A stretch of 64,000 nt of DNA, from NCBI RefSeq assembly GCF_009914755.1, contig NC_060935.1; one strand, given 5' to 3'. The number at the start of each line of letters is the position of its first letter. Position 1 is the first letter of the stretch. The stretch comes from the human T2T-CHM13v2.0 reference genome, Homo sapiens. The notes under the pieces are model-generated. The model was given only the letters and a program-made list of their open reading frames with translations, was not told the origin of the DNA and did not search any database. The position numbers and the translations under genes were made by a program. Shown piece after piece: positions 22,260 through 41,534 of the stretch.

Positions 22260-22532
22260 GCCAGGCCTGTAATTCCAGCACTTTAGGAGGCTGAGGCTGT
22301 TGGATTGCTTGAGTCCAGGAGTTCAAAACCAACCTGGGCAACATGGTGAAAGTCTGAAAACAAACAAGCGAAACTTAGCTGGGTACGCTGGTGTGTGCCT
22401 GTGATCCCAGCTACTCGGGAGGCTGAGGCCAGGATGACTGCTTGAGCCCGGGGGGTGGAGGTTGCAGTGAATTGAGACTGCGCCAGTGCACTCCAGCCTG
22501 AGTGACAGAATGAGACTCTGTCAAAAAAAAAA
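22260..22532 (+). mobile_element. AluJ (diverged, small deletions)
   Basis: Alu left and right arms plus A tail. Confidence 0.85.
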
Positions 22533-22734
22533 TATATATATAGTGGCTGACCAAGTTAAATGCCAACCAGCCATGTATGAGTGTTCATCTTCTTAAATCC
22601 TACTTATATTTTTTAAACTTTAAGCAAAAGTACAATAATTACTACACATTTCCTATGAAATAAATTTTTTAGCCTACTGCCATGAATGAGCTGATTTTAT
22701 TTTATTTTATTTTAATGGATGGGTTGTATATGAT

Positions 22735-24012
<1,278 letters not shown>

Positions 24013-24899
24013 AGAGTACTTTTTAAGGCATTCAGCACAAAAGCAAAGGGAAATGTTTTGAGGTCATCTAGAAAAATAAGAGGAAAAAAATGAAAAGACA
24101 AAATTCAGAAGACAATGTATTACTCTAATCCTGAATTTATTATCTGCTACCATCAGTCAAAGATAAAACTACATCTAGAGCAAATTTACCACATTATTTC
24201 AGGCCACCGTTCTTCACACACCTTATTATCTCTGCATTTTATTCTTTCTCAATTACAATCCACAGCTATATTTTATCAATACCTCTAGAGCATTGCCCAA
24301 CTAATAAACTCCCACATAGCTGCATTTCTGACACATAGATGAATTTGAAAATATAATTGGATTGACATGTAGTGTTTTTATAGTTGCTATATTTAATATT
24401 TTAATTATTTAAAAATTGGTTAATATCACATATAGGCATACTTCTAATATCAGAACAAAACTATACTGATGCTAATGCATTAACTATAGAAGGCAGCTTC
24501 AAAAATAAAATGCAAATGTTTTCCTATTATAGTTATCCTTCACTTTATGGAAAATTATAAGAAAAGCTGACTGAAAAGCACACCGCTTTAGAGAAAAAAA
24601 TCTTATTTTCCCATTAATTTTCCATTTATTGAATTTATTTTAGTTGGGAATAAAGTCCCCCAAATACTGTGCTTAAAACATTTAACCCCTTCCTCTTCTT
24701 AAACAGTTCAGCTCTGAAGTCCATTAGGTTAGGTACAATAAGGTATGTGAGGAAGTGGTGAGGGGGTTGTGTCTAGAGCATTCCGGAACAGAATAACAGG
24801 CCTGAATGGAGAAAAGAGGATTTTCCCATGTAAGGGAGGGCAGTCTACTGTGGGGAGTCAGAAACTAAGTAAGGTGAGGAGGGTGACCCTGCAAAAGGG

Positions 24900-26295
24900 C
24901 AACCCAGCTGAAGGTGTCAGAATCCAAGCAGGAAAAGGAGGACATCCACATAAGGAAAGAGGGGGCAGCAGAATGGTGGACTGGTTATGTAACAGGGTGT
25001 TTTATGAAATAAGTCAACGTCTTAGTGATAATGAAAGTCAGATTTCTCATTGAAAGATAAGAAAAGTATAAATAAAGGAAATAAACTAAAATAATCCTTG
25101 TAGTTTGGGATTGTAATTTGCAGCAGTGCAAATTAATGGTTTTCAATATACATACATAGATTGATATAAAAATACATATAACTGTAAGTATATGTGTGTA
25201 TGTGTATATGTATGTAAATATATACATATATTTCCTAGCTCTGTCGACTGAGGGGGTGTGAGAACAATGACACTCCAACAGCAATAATTGCAATAGCACT
25301 CAGATCTTGGTTTCTATATACCTTTTTCTACTAACAGGAACCAGGGTAACATGGAGAAATGGTTTTTTCCAGGGCAAGATCAGGTAAAGTATGAGGTGAT
25401 CCTGGTACATTTTATTTTTATCTGAAAGCAGAAAAATGCTGAAAGAATGATGAAGACATGTCAAAAAATACTCAGCAACCAGCTTGAATGGACTCCCACT
25501 GGCCAAACCAAGAATAATTTGATAAAAATAAATGATAGTCAAATATTTTAATCCATTGTACAAAACAGGAAACTATGAGTCTATATTGATATAAATAAAT
25601 ATATTAAAAGTTTGGTGAGAAATGACATATTTACATAGTTTCAAAGTTCTCTTCACAAAACACGCTGATTACAAAGGAGAAAAGATTAACTTTACAGTGG
25701 AGAAACTTGTCAGATACTACCTCAGTCAAATTATCAGAGTGAACATCGCCAATAATAAAACAAATTGAACTATCTGATAGGATTCAATAAGAAGAATATG
25801 GCATTACCTCTGTGATATTCCTTCCAGAGATACATAAACTGAATCTAACCATGAGGAAACATTGTACAAACAGAAACTGAGGAACGTTCTACAAAATAAT
25901 GGTCTGTAATCTTCAAGAGTGTCAAAGTTATAAAATTCAACCAAAGACTAGGAAAGTCTTCCAGACTGAAAGAGATTAAAGAGCTATGACAACTAAATAC
26001 AAACATAGGATTCTAAACTAGATCCTTTTGTTATAAAAATACTTTAATGGGACAATTTGTGAAACTGAATGAGTCCTGAACATTCCAGTTATGTACCAAT
26101 GTTAACTTCCTGATTTTGATTGCTGTGTTATGGTTTTACAGGAGAATGTCCCTGATTGTAAGAATGATATACTATGGTAATGAGATGATAGAGCATCAGT
26201 TTGGCAAATTATTCTAAAATCATTCAGGAAAATAAGTTCTTTGTATTGTAGTTCCAATATCTCTAAAAGTTTATGATACTTTCAAAAGAAAAAAA
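24900..26295 (+). mobile_element. Old LINE-1 3' region (L1MC-like)
   Basis: ctcccactggccaaa, actttacagtggagaaac, gtaccaatgttaacttcctgattttgat motifs of L1MC/L1ME 3'UTRs. Edges approximate. Confidence 0.7.
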
Positions 26296-26389
26296 CTTAA
26301 GTGATTCTTAAAAACATTGTGGAATGAACTAATATGAAATGTTTGAAAAATATATAGCATCAATAAAAAAAAGTTAACATACAGCTGAA

Positions 26390-27840
26390 GTTCAAAAGAA
26401 AGATAAGGAAATTGTCAGACATCAAAAATAAGACAGAAAACCCATAGTCAGAGTTGTAAGTATGCAAGGTGATGCTTTGGTAATCCAGAAACCCCTACAT
26501 ACAGATATAGGCTGTCATGGCAAAGTCAGGGTTTTAATATCCATGTGGGCACAAAGCCAAGGGATCTAGCACACTGGTATAGAGAAAGGAATCTAGAAGA
26601 ACAGCTAATTCCAAGAAAGGAAGACTAGAAGAACTTAACCTACCAACACAAAAAAATGTCTTTGCCTAGATCACTGGTCCAAAACCAAAAATTATTCCAT
26701 GAGAAACAGAAAAACCTAAACTTGGAGTACAAAAGGGTATAAAGTCCTAATAATAATATATACTCCCTGCATGGTATGTACATCCTAGATGATAAATTAA
26801 GGTAACAACCAGAAACTGTTCTGTGAAACCCTTGAGGCTCAGAACAGAAGCAAATGCAAAAGAGCTCTGTAGGAAGAATTCCACAAGTTCATCAGAAAAA
26901 TACAGCCTCCACTAAAGAGGGGCTCACAATTTAAAATGTATGAACCACATTAAAAAGGAAGATTTACAATGAAGGAGCATTAGCTGGTAGCCACTGCAAA
27001 CAGGAAGACTTGTACACACCAATAATTAAAAATAACAGAAGAATCTCAAAGATATTATTAAAAATATTTTAATGATTAGAGACATAAAAGATAAATAAGA
27101 AATATGAAAAAATATAAGACACTAGAAAAAGGCAGATTTTTAAAAGCACCAAATAGAACATCTATAAAAGAAAAAGGTCATTATAAATAAAAAACTTAAA
27201 ACATAAGTTATATGGCAGATAAAACATAGTTGAAGAATTAGTGAACTAAAAGATATATCTAAGAAAATTACTCACGGCTGTAATCCCAGCACTTTGGGAG
27301 GCTGAGGTGGGCAGATCACAAGGTCAGGAGATCGAGACCATCCTGGCTAGCATGGTGAAACCCCGTCTCTACTAAAAATACAAAAAATTAGCCGGGAGTG
27401 GTGGCGGGCGCCTGTGGTCCAAGCTGCTCAGGAGGCCGAGGCAGGAGAATGGCATGAACCCGGGAGGCGGAGCTTGCAGTGAACCAAGATCGCGCCACTG
27501 CACTCCAGCCTGGATGACAGAGCAAGACTCCATCTCAAAAAGAAAGAAAATTACATAAGATGCTCACAGGCATAAAGAAATAGAAAGTATATAAGGTATA
27601 AAGACATGGAGGATAAATGAGAAGATTCAAAATATATCTTCTTAGGAGTTTGAAAGGAGAAAATATAAAGACTCGTTGGGGAAGGTAATACTTGAAGTGA
27701 TAATGACTTAAATTGTTCCCAAAAAATATATTAATTTTCACGTCACAAAATAACTCTTAAATTATAAGAAAAGAAAACACACAAATATTTTAGTAATAAA
27801 AATTATTGTAATTCAATTTAGAAAGCTGTAGGACTGAGAA
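26390..27840 (+). mobile_element. Very old L1M/HAL1-like 5'/ORF1 remnant
   Basis: Strongly A-skewed sequence with ORF1-like text (gttgaagaattagtgaactaaaagatatatctaagaaaattac). Confidence 0.5.
27271..27540 (+). mobile_element. 5'-truncated AluY
   Basis: gagatcgagaccatcc and ggagcttgcagtga; TSD aagaaaattac. Confidence 0.9.
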
Positions 27841-27976
27841 TGATTTTTAAAAGAATTTTTTAGAGAAGATTTAGGTTCACAGCAAAATCCAGAGGAAGGT
27901 AAAGAGATATACCATATACTCCCTGCCCCACACATACATAACCCCCAATTATTAACATCCCCCACCAGAGGGGTAC

Positions 27977-28369
27977 TGATATGGTTTGGCTCTGTGTCCC
28001 CACCCAAATCTCATGTCAAATTGTAATCCCCACGTTGTTGGAGGAGGGGCCTGGTGGGAGGTGACTGGATAATGGGGGCAGTTTCTAATGGTTAGCACCG
28101 TCCCCCTAGTGCTGCCTCATGACGGAATTCTCATGAGATCTGGTTGTTTAAAAGTGTGTAGCACTTTCCCCCTTAGCAGTCTCTGTCTCCTGCTCTGCCA
28201 TGGTAAGACATGCTTACTTCCCCGCCCGCCATGATTTTAAGTTTCCTGAGGCCTCCCAGTCAAGCTTCCTATACAGCCTGCAGAACTGTAAGTTAATTAA
28301 ACCTCTTTTGTTCATAAATTACCCAGTCTCAGGTAGCTCTTTATAGCAATGTGAGGATGGACTAATACA
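27977..28369 (+). mobile_element. MSTA-type MaLR solo LTR
   Basis: tgatatggtttggctctgtgtcccc...ggactaataca; 5-bp TSD ggtac. Confidence 0.9.
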
Positions 28370-28403
28370 GGTACATTTGTTACAATTAATGAACCTACAC
28401 TGA

Positions 28404-28887
<484 letters not shown>

Positions 28888-29308
28888 TCAACCACTTATT
28901 TTTTTACTGCCTCCATCATTTTGCCTTTCCCAGAATGTCATATAGTTGGTGAGTAGTGTATCTTTGTTGTTTTAATTTGTATTTCCCTGATGACACATGA
29001 TGTGGCACATCTTTTCATAAACTTATATGCCATCTGTATGTATATCTTCTTTGGTGAGATGTCTGTTAAGATCTTTGGCCCATTTTAAAATCAGATTGTT
29101 TTCTTATTGTTCAGTTTTAAGAGGTCTTTGTTATTTTGGATAGCCGTCCTTTGTCAGAGGTGTCTTTTGCAAATGTTTTCTCCTACTCTGTGGCTTGTCT
29201 TTTCATTCTCTTGACAAGCCACAGAGTAGCTAAAGTTTTTAATTTTAATGAAGTCCAGCTTATTAACTCTTTCAGAAATCATGCTTTTCGTGTTGTATCA
29301 AAAAAGTC

Positions 29309-29636
<328 letters not shown>

Positions 29637-31081
29637 CTAGATTTTCTCCTACGTTTTCTTCTAGGAGTTTTTTAGCTTTGTGTTTTACATTTTGGTCTGT
29701 GATCCATTTTGAGTTAAATTTTGTGTAAATCTGTGTCTAGATTCATTTTTTTCATATGGATATCTAGCTGTTCCTGCACCATTTGTTGAGAAGGATGCAT
29801 TTTTCACCTTCTCAACTTTCAGAACTTTGCTTTTTTATTACATTTCCTTCTATCTTTCTCCAGACTATAAAATTACCCAAATATCTAAGAATTCCTCATG
29901 CATAAATGTATAAACTCAAAGCTCCAGAAATCTAATTTCCTTTTGTCCATGTGATTAGGTATGGCCTAATAAAATTAGGCTTCAAAACTAGAAATAACAT
30001 GTTATATATTAAATATCGCTTTGGTTCTATAAGAGGAATTAATATAATATATAAAATTAAGTAAGTTTAAATTTAATGAAATAAAGTAATAAAATAGAGC
30101 TTTGGAGCTGAACATCTTAGAGATCATCTATCCCATTACTCCCAATCTGGGTTTTACGACATCTACCTATCCTCTCTTTATTCATGCCTCTTCTGAGAGC
30201 GTGAATGAAACTCTCTCCTCCACTTCCTCACTTCTATTATCCAGGGTAGAGAATGCAGACACTGTTTTACAAAATGGTCTTGTTTGGGAAATACTAATGG
30301 AATTCAATTTCTTCATTTTACCTAAAGGAAAACTGAAGCTGAGAAAGAAAGCGTCTTACCACAGGACTATGTAATAAGTCATTAATAGAAATAGTTTACT
30401 TAAAATCTACAGGACAATCAGCAAAGTATCTTTATTAAGCCCTCTAAGCATACTGTTTTCATAAGTAAAGTTTTATTTGTCAGGTAATTTAGATGTAAGA
30501 AGGTTGCCCTGCTCCAAGCCCATCCCTTTGAAATGAACTAACAAGGTACTATGTTTAAATAGAAATGGAACACATTGAAAGAATTCACTAAAGCTAAATT
30601 AGTTGGTCTTTTTGGAATATGGTTTTTGTGTTCTGTGTTGGAATTCAGTAAGTAGAGTCTCTTGACTATGAGCTCCATAAGAGAGGGCACTATCTGGTTT
30701 CTTATTCCTGTGCCTAGCACATACCAGAGTATGATCTTATGAAAGGAAAAAGGGAGAAAGAGAAGTAAGTAACTAGCAAACTAAAGGAGGGAGGGAAGTT
30801 GCTACACGGTGGTTAACAGGTTTCCTTGCCTAGTGGATTTATATCAGATCCTTAACTGAACAGAAATTTTATTTAAGTTTCAACTTGGGGGGTTGGGAGA
30901 AATCACAAGTATCTTCATTGCTCTACTCTATTCATGTATCATGTTCAGCAGACCATGAGGTATCCTATACATCTACCTGTACTATGTTCTGGGTTGAATA
31001 AGGCAAAATAAATCCTTATGCCTCTTGCATAGAAAGTCAGCCATATGAAGGAATTTCTTTTGCTTTGAAAATACTCTCTAT

Positions 31082-32150
<1,069 letters not shown>

Positions 32151-32591
32151 AAAATATACTTTCTATATTGTCCAGATAATTAAATACGTATGAATGACAA
32201 CAAAACAATTTAAGAAGGAATGTTAAAAGAACAAAGTACTTAAGCAAGATGAACAAATTCTCTTACTGACAACCTTTTAGTAGGAAAAAAATGTAGTATT
32301 TTTCAAGATACACCAAGAAAAAAAATTAGGCAAAAGATATAAGTATGTCCAGTTCAAGAGACTGTAAAAAAAAATTAGGTGCCTCATGTCACTAAGGCCA
32401 TGACTGGATTTAATGTCAGAAGTCATTCTACAAAGTGGTGTGCCGCAGTGTGTCCAGAGGCTAGAGAACCGTGAAAGGGGGCTACCAAGGCTGGGAAGAT
32501 GCAACTGTTGCCGTAAGTGACTTTCAAAGACCCTGATGCCTTGTGGTACCCTTCTGAAACTCAAACAGTAACACAGAAGTGTTCTGTTTTA

Positions 32592-32997
<406 letters not shown>

Positions 32998-33958
32998 TCA
33001 ATCCTACCTTGGCTCCAATTTAACATTTGGTGCTCTGTGGAGTGAGTTGAATGTGTTGAGGCTTTGCAGTTTCACTTGTGGTAAAGACGTTAGCATTTTC
33101 CATTTCTATGCAGATTTCTTTGAAGCAGAATTGATTGCCTCTTTCTTCTCTGCCTTCACAGTAGGTAGAGTTTCTTTCAAACTTCACTGAGGCATCAGTT
33201 GCTCTTTGGCAATGTCCCTTACCGTGATTATTAACTATAAGTGTGTGGCTTCAGTTTAAAAATTTTCGTTGTTTGTTGCATTGATGTTCCCATGTAGTAA
33301 TTTTTAGTTTGGTTGTAAAAAAAAAAAAAAAAAAAGACCCTGGGCTGAAGTAAGCGTTTAAGTTTTTTTTTTGTTTTTGTTTTTTTTTAACTAGTCCTAG
33401 ATTTAAAAACATAAGAAAATTGAAACTTGAAAAAATGAAAAGAAAACAGAGGAGTTTTTACATGAGCTACAATGGTCATTTCTGTTTTCTCAATTATAAA
33501 ATTTTATTTTTAATTTTTCCAAATCGTAAGAAAAAATGTTTAGCTACTAGTATCATTTTAACCTGGATATGTGAGGTATGGTTAGAATCACTAAATTTTA
33601 TACCTATGTAAACTTCAAATAGTAAACTTGGACCTTTATTTCTTGTTTCATCAGCTTGAAAGATTATTGCTGGATTATCAACCTCAACTTCTTGCTACAT
33701 CATTATTTTTGTATTAACAAACTTAATAACATTTTAAGTCTTATTTGGTAACCATAATTAAGTTTTCCATGCTTCATTTATAGGTTAATTCTAAAAATGG
33801 AAACCAACAGTGTTTACATTATTACAATCAATATAGGTATCATTTAATGCATGAGTCTAACAGGGTACTAATACAACATTTCCTTCTATATAGGTCCAGT
33901 GTGCTACTTGAATAACTATTTTATTATGATCAGGACCTAAGTATCTTCTTTTTTTTAA

Positions 33959-34270
<312 letters not shown>

Positions 34271-34402
34271 TCTTCTCTTCTTACACTCCATCAATTGCTC
34301 AGAACCATCCCAAATTTTAACTTGCTTTATATCTTTCTCATACAGTTATGTTTTCCCTAGAGTTTCTGATCACTACTTTTTTGTTGATAAAAAACACAAG
34401 GA

Positions 34403-34677
34403 TTTTTTTTTTTTTTTTGAAACAGTGTAGTGGCCTGATCATGGCTCACAGCAGCCTCGACCTTGTGGGCTCAAGCAATTCTTCCACCTCAGCCTCCTGA
34501 GTAGCTAAGACTACAGGTGCTCACCACCACACCCAGCTAATTTTTTTTTTCAGTTTTTTATAGAGACAGGATCTCCCTATGTTGCCCAGGCTGGTCTCGA
34601 ACTCATGGGTTTACACAATCCTCCAGTCTCAGCCTCCCAAAGTGCTGGGACTACAAGCGTGAGCCACCACACCTAGC
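34403..34677 (-). mobile_element. AluJ with right-arm deletion
   Basis: Alu arms present; about 25 nt next to the tail are missing. Confidence 0.85.
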
Positions 34678-34903
34678 TTAGGATGTATGTTAACATTTTT
34701 CCATACTTTCCTTTGTGTTTATACATACACATACTTTTTGTTTTTTTCTGAACTATCTGAAAGTAAGTTGCAGCTAATAGGTGATTTCACCCTAAATACT
34801 TCATCATACATTTTCTAAGAATAAGAACTTTCTTTTATATGATCATAATATTATACCTATGATATTATTATACCTAGTATAATAATTCAATAACATAAGC
34901 TAA

Positions 34904-35282
<379 letters not shown>

Positions 35283-35339
35283 CTATCTTTATTATTTTAA
35301 TCAAAAGTAGCTCCCCTTTCTTTTTTCATGACACTGAAG

Positions 35340-35547
35340 TTTTTTTTGTTTTGGTTTTAACTTTTAGGTTCAGGGGTACATATGCAGGTCTGTTATATAG
35401 GTAAATTGCGTGTCACGGGGGTTGGTTGTACAGATGATTTCATCACCCAGGTAATAAGCACAGAACCCAATAGGTCCTTTTTTGATCCTCACCTTCCTCC
35501 CATCCTCCACGCTCAAGTAGGCCCCAGTGTCTGTTGTTTCTTTGTCT
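35340..35547 (-). mobile_element. Short LINE-1 3' end (old L1PA, roughly PA13-PA17)
   Basis: ggttcaggggtacatatgcagg...gatttcatcacccaggtaataagca; TSD acactgaagttttt. Confidence 0.85.
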
Positions 35548-35552
35548 AACAC

Positions 35553-35865
<313 letters not shown>

Positions 35866-36209
35866 AACACTGAAGTTTTTTTGAGTCCAGCCTAGATGTC
35901 TTATAGAATGTGCCACACATTGTGATTGTGTCTAATTGTTTTTACCATAATTAGATTTCAAATATTTTTGGCAAGAAAATTACATAGGTGAAGTTCGGTC
36001 CTCCTTATTGCATAATAACAGTGGATCCATGGAAAAGCTGTTTCATTATTAACATTGCTAGACTCGATCACTTGATTGAAGTGGTGACCTTCAGGATCCT
36101 TCTAATGTAAAAATATATTTTGCTCTTTGTAATTAATGTTATCTGTTTGAAATGGCATGAATATCGTCTTCCCAACAATCATTATTTCACTAGTTACTTC
36201 ATTTTACTT

Positions 36210-36335
36210 TTTGTCTTCCCCACTAGACTAAGCTTCACAAGGGCAGAGATTTTTGTCTTGTTTATCATTGCTGTATCCTCAATGCTGAGAAAAGTGTTTG
36301 CACATAGTAGACCCTCAATATATATTGAATGAATC
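36210..36335 (+). mobile_element. L2 3' end
   Basis: cccactagactaagcttcacaagggcag...cacatagtagaccctcaatatatattgaatgaat. Confidence 0.8.
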
Positions 36336-36750
36336 ATCATTAGTTAAATACTTCTGTATTCTCTAAGAGACTACGAACAACTTAAGGGCAAAGGTAATGT
36401 TTTCTTAGTTTTTGTATTTGCAGAAAATAAGCACAGTACTTAGCACATAGCAAAAATTCAATGCTATTTTAATTTTTAAGGACCATGGGTAAATCAGTCA
36501 CAATATATATGCCTTACTCATTTTCCTTATGTGTAAAATGTTAAAAATGTATCTATTTAACTATATTAATAAGATATACTAAAAATTATTTTAATATTTC
36601 TTTTTAAAATAAAATATGGTAAAGCAAAACTAAATTTAAAACAAGGCTCTCAGGAAAAAGTATTAAATTATGTAATATATTAGATATAAACTTTTGTCAG
36701 CTTTGCTTTGTAGCTTACATATCTAAAGGCATTTTACTGATATAATGCTA

Positions 36751-37023
<273 letters not shown>

Positions 37024-37033
37024 CCAAAATCTC

Positions 37034-37444
37034 AATGATAGACTGGATTAAGAAAATGTGGCACATATACACCATGGAATACTATGCAGCCATAAAAAAA
37101 GGATGAGTTCATGTCCTTTGTAGGGACATGGATGAAGCTGGAAACCATCATTCTCAGCAAACTATCACAAGGACAAAAAACCAAACACCACATGTTCTTA
37201 CTCATAGGTGGGAACTGAACAATGAGACCACTTGGACACAGAAGGGGAACATCACACACCGGGGCCTGTTGTGGGGTGGGGGGAGCGGAGAGGGTTAGCA
37301 TTAGGAGATATACCTAATGTTAATGACGAGTTAATGGGTGCAGCACACCAACATGGCACATGTATATATATGTAACAAACCTGCACGTTGTGCACATGTA
37401 CCCTAGAACTTAGATTAAAAAAAATATATATATATATATATAAA
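37034..37444 (+). mobile_element. 5'-truncated LINE-1 3' end (roughly L1PA3-PA4)
   Basis: gactggattaagaaaatgtggcac...gtaccctagaactta, A/(TA)n tail; exact 15-bp TSD aagaaccaaaatctc at 37019-37033 and 37445-37459. Confidence 0.95.
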
Positions 37445-37997
37445 AAGAACCAAAATCTCTACTTTAAACCAAATATTTCACAGGCTTTAACCTTCCATCT
37501 GTACTACAAATTACATTTCTAAAGATTTCAAAATATAAAATTATAATAAGGCCTTTATATGGTTACAATTATCATGAAATAGAATGTCTTATTATAATGA
37601 CAAATCATTTTATCAGTAGAGCATCCTACCTGAGAACTTGCAGACACTTTATAATTATTTAATTCATACAACTAGAATAAATATATTCTAATTAATAAGA
37701 TACAGGTGGTATTTATCTAATGAATATAAAAATATGGGAGAATTTTTTACAGAAGATCTTTGGCTAAAAATAAACCATAAGTGATTATTATTAATGGTAT
37801 GTTCATTGATATAATAAAAAATGTATTAACTATTAAATAGCTAGAGAAAATATTTAGCGTCAGATAAATTTCTAGGTTTGTTGGAGCTTTATCCCCTTTG
37901 CCAGTTGGTCTGCACCCAGTTGCAAGTCATTTCCATATTTTTTAAAGACAGTAGTTCCATTGAAAAAGCACTAAAAACATCATGGTTAATAGAAACA

Positions 37998-38175
37998 CTG
38001 CAGTGGAATGGGAAGAACATTAATTTGGGGCCTGAAGAGATCTGGGTTCTAGTCCCAATTTTGCCACTTCAAAGTGAGACCTTTGGCAAGTCATTTAATC
38101 TTGTTAGGCCTCTATATTCTGAACTGTAAATGATGGAAGTGAAGTAACATGATTATCTTGGGTCCTTTCTAAGAT
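37998..38175 (+). mobile_element. MIR
   Basis: ctgggttctagtccc...gtgagacctttggcaagtcatttaatc...ctgtaaatg. Confidence 0.75.
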
Positions 38176-38330
38176 TTTAAGCAGTTAACCATCTCTATTA
38201 GTTTGTTACTAATGCTCTTTTCTCTTATGGTAAACAATGGATAATAAAAGGCATCTAGCTATGTTTTAAATTATTTTGTAAAAGTAAATACTTTTTAATA
38301 GACAGAAAATTTTAAAAAAATTATAAATAC

Positions 38331-38366
38331 CTTTTCTTCTTCCAGGGCACACATCTTCATCTGCAA
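38331..38366 (-). CDS. CCDC73: CCDC73 coding exon (36 nt, phase 0-0), LQMKMCALEEEK
   Basis: gtttatcag|TTGCAGATG...GAAGAAAAG|gtattt. Confidence 0.93.
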
Positions 38367-38563
38367 CTGATAAACAATTTTAAAAATTAAAATAAAGGGA
38401 TCACTGTTAACAGTGATCTATACTGGTCACTGAGACTAAAGAAACACTTTACACATCTATATTGTTTGAAATGGAAATAATGTGAATATGTTATTTTCAG
38501 ATTCAGAAAATAAATAATAATGATATAAAACGAGAAAAAAGCCAGTCACTAAAGTAAATGAAC

Positions 38564-38693
38564 TATTTATTTATTTATTTGAGATGAGGTCTTGCTATGT
38601 TGCCCAGGCTATACTCCAACTCCAGGGCTCAAGGGATCTTCCCACCTCGGTCTCCCAAGTAGCTGAGACTAGAGCACACACCACCACACCCAG
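38564..38693 (-). mobile_element. Alu monomer (FLAM-like)
   Basis: Single ~130-bp arm with (TTTA)n tail. Confidence 0.8.
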
Positions 38694-38958
38694 TTCAAAA
38701 TTAGCAATTTAATCACACTGATTAGAGATACCAATTATCTTTGAAAGTTTTGTTTTTTTCCTCCAGAAATTTTTCTTAAATATCTGAATATTTTGCCATC
38801 CACTCCTAAATCACAGCTTATATCATTTTCCAAAGGTACAATTTCGTAAATCAGAATCATTTGTATTATCATTGACAGTATTTATGTTCAAGAATTTTTT
38901 TAACTCATGTGCAGCCTAACAAATTATGACCTGTTTAAAAAAATAATGACATTTTAAA

Positions 38959-39243
<285 letters not shown>

Positions 39244-40403
39244 AAAATAATGACATTTTAAAACAGAAAAACTAAAGTACACACACCAAAGGAAAATTAT
39301 GAAATATTCTAAGGAACACAAGGGTATTAGGCAAAATTTTCAAGAAATGAAATTTTTCTTTGGAACTTCCCTATTTCCTTTTTCACACTCCTCACATTCA
39401 AGATCCCCTTCTTTTAAAAAGCACACACACACACAAAGAAAAAAACAAAGAACCCAAGAGCACTTTCTCCTCTACCCTTCAGATATCTGAGTATCCTTAT
39501 CTTGCCCAAAGTCCTTTGTGACAGCAGAGATGTGGACTTGCTCTTTCCTAGAGAATACTATGCTACACTTTTGGCTTTTGCTTCCTTAACCTTCAGTTAA
39601 AACTCCCATAACCTTGGTTAGGCCTATCTCAGATTAAAGGAAGAAAGTCTGTCATTTGCTTAAAAAAATTAACACATCTACACACACTTGTATTATAAAG
39701 ATGAAGATAAAAATAGGAAAGGAAAAAGGAAGAAAAAATAATGATGTGAGATAGAGATAAGGAAACTTTCAGAGGATATTTTACATGAGCACATTTTCTC
39801 AAACTGTTATAATATTCTCTTGGTAGGAACTGAAGAGAAATTTTAGTCAAGAAAAGCTACAGAATTGAAATGAGCTGAAGGTATGTACAAGGATTCATTT
39901 GATTTTTTTTCTCATTTTTGTACTACTATTTCTTAGTTACTGATGATTGATATTTATGGAGGCTACAGTGCATAATAATCATCTCTTCTAATCCTTGTCA
40001 TCTCCCTACTTGCATCTCAGATTTTGATCATAACATTATAACTCTACTTGGGTAAAGCGGTACTATGGAAGAGGCAAGAGCCTAGGAAGTTCTAATAAAA
40101 GAAAGGAAAGGGGAGAGAAAGAACAATAACACACACATCCCATTCACCTAAATTATTCAGGACAGATGAAAATATATTTCCATCTCCAAGAAAATAGTTT
40201 TCCCAATTTCCCTCAACAAATTTATGCTACTACTTTACATTCTATTGTCAGTTGTGATTAAAAATGATTTTATTCATTTCCTACTTCCCATAATACCTTG
40301 TTCTCCTTTTTGTCTTTGGTGACTATGGAGAACAGCTTGCCATAATATTCATAGGAGGGGGAGGAAATGCAATATTTAAAATGGTAGTGTTTGTCTATCC
40401 TTA

Positions 40404-40496
<93 letters not shown>

Positions 40497-40638
40497 TTAT
40501 GACAAGTTAAAACACAAATTCTAGCAACTCTCTTTCAGCTTTAAATCTTAACTAGGTTCACAATTTAAAGTCAACCATACCTTCTACATATATTATTTTG
40601 TGTTCCTGGAATGCAACTTTAAACCAATTTTATGATTA

Positions 40639-40926
40639 TTTTTTGAGACAGGGTCTCACTCTGTTGCCCAGGCTGGAATGCAGTGGCACAATCACAGCAC
40701 ACTGCAGCCTCAACCTTCCCGGGCTCAGGTGATTCTCCTGCCTCAGCCTCTCCAGTAGCTGGGATTACAGATGTCTGCCACCATGCCCAGCTAATTTTTG
40801 CACTTTTTGTAAAGACAGGGTTTTGCCATGTTGCCCAGGCTAGTCTCAAACTCCTGGACTCAAGCGACCCACCACTTCGGCCTCCCAAAATGCTAGGATT
40901 ACAGGCATGAGCCACTGTACCCAGCC
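40639..40926 (-). mobile_element. AluJ
   Basis: Dimer; TSD ccaattttat. Confidence 0.9.
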
Positions 40927-41534
40927 CAATTTTATAATTTTTTAATTGTCATAGAATCATCATATAAAAATTTTTGCTTCCTGTTGCTTTTTTCATGAAA
41001 AAAAAAAACATTGCTTCTAAAACTTTTAAACTTTGGATATTATTTGCTCCAAATCTTTCTTCAAGAAAAATATCTTTTAACCAAAAGTAATTAAAATTAA
41101 CAAATTAACAGTCCTAGTATACAAGCAGACTGTTAGAGTTTCAAAAACAATGACAACAACAACAACAACAAAAACCAGTTTTATCATCTAAGCAGAAATG
41201 CTTACCTGGCAACATATACACCTTTAAGTTCCCTGGAATAATTTTTCACAAACCAAAACTACCACAAGAGAATTTCTGGAAAAAAATCTACATATGATTC
41301 CATTTCTTTTTTTCTCCTTCTCCCACCTTTTTGGTGGAAGTTGCACGTTCTGTTCTTTCTATTCTAGATGACTTTAACATTCTTCTTCTATTTTTATCAA
41401 AGTTAATAATTCTCATCATTTAAAAATTAAGTCTAAAAGTGGCAACCACTTTCAAATTTTTCTGTTGTTTGCTCCAGATTTCTAAATAATACATTGAGTT
41501 AGCAATTTTAAAAGTTTATCTTGTGACCTGTTAT

